Positions 60,052 to 64,000 of a stretch of 64,000 nucleotides of DNA are shown here, piece after piece; the first letter of the stretch is position 1; every line of letters begins with the position of its first letter. Location of the stretch: the NCBI GenBank assembly GCA_963677925.2, contig CAXXYH010000003.1, positions 1,856,001 through 1,920,000 on the forward strand, written 5' to 3'. Under the pieces are notes generated by a model, which saw nothing but the letters and a program-made list of their open reading frames with translations, was not told the DNA's origin and made no database searches. A program made the translations under genes and the position numbers. Source of the DNA: Spirochaetia bacterium (GTDB taxonomy: Bacteria > Spirochaetota > Spirochaetia > UBA9216).

Positions 60052-60294
60052 TCAATTTAATTCAGCTGCATACTTCAGCAGTCTATTTATAATATCAGAA
60101 GAAATCCCTTCAATACTTATTCCCGATTTATTCTCTTTAATACGCAGCTGTAATTTCATAATCAGCTGCAGTCCAGCCCCGTCAAAATCTTTCATTTTAC
60201 TGAAATCAATCAGACCTTCCGATAATCCGGACAATTCATTCCAGACAGCAGCAACATTGTATATTCTCAATTCTTCCGGAATTTCTACTTTCAT
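60052..60294 (-). CDS. Small STAS-like protein
   Basis: ELRIYNV...IDFSKMKDFDGAGLQL; located next to cheY as in F8-type clusters. Confidence 0.75.
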   Translation of the reverse strand: MKVEIPEELRIYNVAAVWNELSGLSEGLIDFSKMKDFDGAGLQLIMKLQLRIKENKSGISIEGISSDIINRLLKYAAELN

Positions 60295-60304
60295 AAAACA
60301 TCTC

Positions 60305-62179
60305 CTAAAACAGGGTTATACTGTTTGTCCCGGCTTCTTCTATTTCAAATCCGGTAAAATTATCCTTAATAGTTTCGAACTCCTGCGCTACCGTACATTT
60401 CTGAACGATCTTTTCATATATAATATCTTTAAAATGACATTCTTCCAGAGGCAGCAGCCCTCCGACGCCTTCAAGACGCATCTTTACATCCTGAACAATT
60501 GAAGAACTGACCTCCAGGTTTGATTCTATAACATCGTTGAGAGTCCGAAGTTCTTTAAACAGTGATTTGTAGCCGGATATTTCAGAAACAAGCTCATTGG
60601 TTATATCCATCACAGTTTCAAAATGCTCAAGAAAAACATCCTTAGTCTGCTGAAGTGTTCTTGCAGAATCCAGGAAGTTCTCTTCAATCTTACTGTAATG
60701 CGATTCCTGCATTCCAAAGGTTTCCTGCGTATGCTGAAATTTCCCGATAACATCTGCATGGGTGATTGAAATATTCTCAATTATTTCAGCAAGATTACTG
60801 AAGGACTGCTTAAAAAACTTATCATCATGTCCGGTGCCTGCGATAGAAAAATGCAGTCTGTAGCGTGCCTGCTCAATCCTGGAGAGCAGAAGCAGATTTT
60901 TAATTGATTCAATCATCGGCAGAAAAGCTTCGGCCTGATTTTTCTTCAGTTCAATTTTTTTCTCAAGATCCATGAACAGTATCAGAATATTTTTTTTCAT
61001 CGAGACAAGAGAACTGATATCGCCCTTAATATCTTTAAGCATTTGACCGGGAGAATCGAATATATAATTTATAACTGACTTTTTATCGTGAACATTGAGC
61101 TCTGCCTTACCTGCACCTTCTGAAAGAACCAGATCGGAAAACAGATTCTTATCATTACTGACGTCAGAGATAGATTCATGCATCGAAATAAACAGCCGCT
61201 CAAGTCCTCCAACCATTTCTGAAAATTCAGAATTGATTCGGCTTATCTGATGTTCAGTATTTTCAATTAGAAAAATGAGCAGGGTATAAAGACTGCGCGA
61301 TTCTGCGATTTCGCTTTCATCTTGAAGTTCACCATATCGATCAAGCAGTGATGAATTATTATCAAGAATTACCAGTATATCGTTAATATTTTCAACGAGA
61401 TGGGTAAGCTGCTGATGAATGATATCCTGCTTCTGAAGTTCTACCATAATCTGATAGGTGGGTTCCTTTGAACTCTCTATACGGTCAAGCAGATCATTCA
61501 GGATACTTGAAAAATTTCCTATACTGAAATTAGCCTTCTTAAAAATATCTGCAGAACTTTTAGATATGTCTGCAAGGTGTGTATCTGAATAAACTTCCAA
61601 CTCCTCAACTGCTTTCAGAAATGTTTCAATTTCAGACTGTACCTGAGCACCCGCTTCACTGATCTCTTTTGTTCCGGAAGCTATGTGCTCCGACAGCTTA
61701 ATAAACTCCGAAGAAATCATCTGGTACCCTCGTCCGCTTTCTCCGGCCTTTCGGGAGTTTACAATGGAATTAATAGCATAGACCTTGAGGTTTTCTGAAA
61801 TATTAAAGATACTTTCCATTTCCTTTGCCGTATTGTTTGAAATCTCAATTGCCTGCTTAAGATCAGAGAGAGTCTGCTGATCCATCTCGTTCATATTACC
61901 GAGATCTTCAAGAATACTGTCCAGATGAGTACGGAATTTTATTATCTCATTCTTGACACCATAAGTCTGTTCCTGACCTGTCGGAGCAAAAAGAAAATTC
62001 AGAAGCTCTCTGGCTTCAAGAATATTATCTTCTATTCTCCTCTCTATTTCCGGAAGCGACTCAGAAATTTTTATCATTATCTCCTGATATTTATTTATAA
62101 AAATCTGAAGACTGGAAACAAATGGTTCAAGCTGCGTACTGATAGATTTTCCATTTTGTATTGTTTTTTCAATTTTCAT
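60305..62179 (-). CDS. Soluble atypical chemoreceptor-like coiled-coil protein
   Basis: No TM; degenerate hairpin AINSIVNSRKAGESGRGYQMISSEFIKLS; LQKQDIIHQQL; C-terminal SITLF. Confidence 0.75.
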   Translation of the reverse strand: MKIEKTIQNGKSISTQLEPFVSSLQIFINKYQEIMIKISESLPEIERRIEDNILEARELLNFLFAPTGQEQTYGVKNEIIKFRTHLDSILEDLGNMNEMDQQTLSDLKQAIEISNNTAKEMESIFNISENLKVYAINSIVNSRKAGESGRGYQMISSEFIKLSEHIASGTKEISEAGAQVQSEIETFLKAVEELEVYSDTHLADISKSSADIFKKANFSIGNFSSILNDLLDRIESSKEPTYQIMVELQKQDIIHQQLTHLVENINDILVILDNNSSLLDRYGELQDESEIAESRSLYTLLIFLIENTEHQISRINSEFSEMVGGLERLFISMHESISDVSNDKNLFSDLVLSEGAGKAELNVHDKKSVINYIFDSPGQMLKDIKGDISSLVSMKKNILILFMDLEKKIELKKNQAEAFLPMIESIKNLLLLSRIEQARYRLHFSIAGTGHDDKFFKQSFSNLAEIIENISITHADVIGKFQHTQETFGMQESHYSKIEENFLDSARTLQQTKDVFLEHFETVMDITNELVSEISGYKSLFKELRTLNDVIESNLEVSSSIVQDVKMRLEGVGGLLPLEECHFKDIIYEKIVQKCTVAQEFETIKDNFTGFEIEEAGTNSITLF

Positions 62180-62188
62180 AAATTATTT

Positions 62189-62848
62189 TTAATCAAGTTC
62201 CTTAAGCTCAGAAAGTATTTTCTCATCAATAATTTCCTGTATGAAATTTTTTGTCTGAAGTGAAACATCCGTAAATTGAATTGCAAACTTTCCCGGTTCA
62301 GTGCGGCGCACCTCGCCCTCAGCCATGAAATCAAAATTTTGAAATATAATTGTAATCAGCAGTGAATCGCCTGTCTCAGTCCTGTAATCAGATTTTATGA
62401 GACAGCCGCCTGATGAAATTGATAATACAAGCCCCTTATCCTTAGCCTGTTTTTCATGGTCAGTTATTCCGGCTTTTACCGGCCATTCAACACGGTTGAA
62501 TTTACGGTGAGATTCCGGGACGGCTTCAAGACTGCTGAGAAACTCATCAGAGGTTCTGCATCTGAAAGTATTTTTAAACTCAACAGAATCGTCAGAACCG
62601 TCCCCTGTGTAACCCAGAAGAAACACCGGTGTCATTTCATTAAGCAGTCCTATATGACTGATAATTCTACTTAACAGATCATGATGCAGATCACCGGCGA
62701 GCAGCAGATAGGAATCAACCTCAGGATGTTCAAGATGGTAAAGATATGATTCTTCATTGGATCTGAAATAAACAAATTTACGATCAGGAACTGAATCAGG
62801 ATTCAGTGAAATCCTGTTCTCATCGCCGATAACTATCGTAACTCTCAT
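62189..62848 (-). CDS. PilZ-domain protein
   Basis: RKFNR (RxxxR) followed by SISSGG (variant of D/NxSxxG). Confidence 0.85.
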   Translation of the reverse strand: MRVTIVIGDENRISLNPDSVPDRKFVYFRSNEESYLYHLEHPEVDSYLLLAGDLHHDLLSRIISHIGLLNEMTPVFLLGYTGDGSDDSVEFKNTFRCRTSDEFLSSLEAVPESHRKFNRVEWPVKAGITDHEKQAKDKGLVLSISSGGCLIKSDYRTETGDSLLITIIFQNFDFMAEGEVRRTEPGKFAIQFTDVSLQTKNFIQEIIDEKILSELKELD

Positions 62849-63447
62849 TATGCCTTCCCTGCAGTTTCAATTACACTGATTTCTTTCTCAGTGAAAAAAT
62901 TATCAAGACTGATCAGAATTACCATTCTCTGACCAATCTGCCCAATTCTATCTACAAAACTAACATCGATATTCCCGTTAAAATCCGGTGTCTCACGCTG
63001 ATCCTCGGCTGTAATGCTTACAACATCAGAAACAGCATCTACAATCAAGCCGACAGTCTTTGTCTGCCCGGTTCCAATCTGAACAATAATTACAATCGTG
63101 TCCTCACCAAGCTCTTCAAGGGTGAGCCTGAATTTACTGCGGAGTATATAAAGCGGAATAATATTCCCTCTGAGGTTTATAATCCCCGGAATATATTCCG
63201 GAATACCCGGAATACGGGTCAGATTGGGAAGTGAAATAATTTCCTGTACAGAAAGGATGGGGATTCCATATTCTTCCTCACCTACCGAGAAAACAACATA
63301 CTGGTTAGTCACATCCATATTAAGCTGACTTACAAGCATATCCTCATCTTCATTGTCCATGTCCTGATAGATTTCCGAGAACTTCTGATCTGCTGTCATT
63401 TCTTTAGTTTTCTCCACTTCTTTATATTCAGACTCTTTAGAACTCAT
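62848..63447 (-). CDS. cheW: Chemotaxis coupling protein CheW
   Basis: EEYGIPILSVQEI, GIINLRGNIIP, VGLIVDAVSDV; start set at ATG 63447 (GAAGGGGAG RBS). Confidence 0.95.
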   Translation of the reverse strand: MSSKESEYKEVEKTKEMTADQKFSEIYQDMDNEDEDMLVSQLNMDVTNQYVVFSVGEEEYGIPILSVQEIISLPNLTRIPGIPEYIPGIINLRGNIIPLYILRSKFRLTLEELGEDTIVIIVQIGTGQTKTVGLIVDAVSDVVSITAEDQRETPDFNGNIDVSFVDRIGQIGQRMVILISLDNFFTEKEISVIETAGKA

Positions 63448-64000
63448 CAAACTCCCCTTCATTTGCAAGCTCGGAGAAGGTCTCATAAGGACCGAACTCT
63501 TCATCTGCGGAAGCTTTCTTTTCAGGTTTCGGAAGCTGGGGTTTTGAGCTCTTTTCCTTTTTATCCTTCTTGTCCGAAAGGGTAATTCCGGTAGTCAGCT
63601 GCGGTTTCTGTTTTTTTCGACCGACCATATCGAGCCTGAAAAACTGCATTGTAGTGTTAAGTTCCTGAGCCTGTCCCGAGAGTTCCTCAGTGGCAGATGC
63701 GGCCTCTTCAACCATGGCAGCATTCTTCTGGGTGTTCTCGTCAAGACTGGCAAGAGTCTTGTCGATCTGGTCAACACTGGAAAGCTGCTCCTGTGAAGCT
63801 GCCGATATTTCAGCAACGAGTGCCGTTACCTTTCTGATTGAGGCATTGATTTCCTCAAGCATGCTGCCGGCACTGTTTGCAACATCCACACCTTCTTCAA
63901 CCTTACGGCCGCTTTCTTTTATTATATCCGCAATTTCCCTGGCTGCACGGTCGGACCGCTTGGCAAGCTTTCTGACTTCAACAGCTACTACTGCAAAGCC
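63437..64000 (-). CDS. Methyl-accepting chemotaxis protein, 3' part (partial)
   Basis: Frame open to the window edge: GFAVVAVEVRKLA...TQKNAAMVEEAASATEEL; C-terminal pentapeptide EFDEF. Confidence 0.95.
   Translation of the reverse strand, partial: GFAVVAVEVRKLAKRSDRAAREIADIIKESGRKVEEGVDVANSAGSMLEEINASIRKVTALVAEISAASQEQLSSVDQIDKTLASLDENTQKNAAMVEEAASATEELSGQAQELNTTMQFFRLDMVGRKKQKPQLTTGITLSDKKDKKEKSSKPQLPKPEKKASADEEFGPYETFSELANEGEFDEF

Noticed and set aside
54815-60502. Plus-strand ORFs of 178-187 aa opposite the che genes
   Set aside because: Antisense to well-supported genes; no motifs or RBS
1-64000. CRISPR arrays, IS elements, prophage, toxin-antitoxin or defence systems
   Set aside because: No regularly spaced repeats and no transposase, integrase, phage or defence-type ORFs were seen by eye

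Overview
64 kb of ordinary-looking, gene-dense bacterial chromosome. It is inferred to come from a free-living anaerobic spirochaete (Spirochaetales-like), based on the lipobox/'AGSQE'-type signal peptides, the many small beta-barrel proteins and the HisKA_2 kinases; this was not checked against a database. I found no CRISPR array, prophage, integrase or IS element. Main content: a tRNA(CAT); secreted and outer-membrane hypothetical proteins; MarR-MATE; a YegD-type Hsp70; a TspO-like protein paired with a tocopherol-cyclase-family protein; several sensors (three HisKA_2 kinases, a GGDEF protein, a TM-LuxR); an aldehyde/alcohol block (LysR-ALDH and IclR-FeADH-AOR-MoaD-SDR); a rimB-rimK-M14 peptidase operon; a split Hfs-like [FeFe]-hydrogenase system; an Lrp/SBP/amidohydrolase/non-pyrrolysine MttB module; and the 3' part of an F8-like chemosensory operon. 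The best leads are: (1) an identical 17-bp element at the same position in the promoters of the sensory and the catalytic hydrogenase; (2) an orphan MttB module with a consensus sigma54 promoter and a shared repeat motif; (3) a chemosensory operon with a PilZ protein, a soluble double-hairpin pseudo-receptor carrying a CheZ-like motif, and two STAS proteins; (4) a lipoprotein gene split at an in-phase T TTA AAA slippery heptamer. None of these can be shown to be undescribed without searches.
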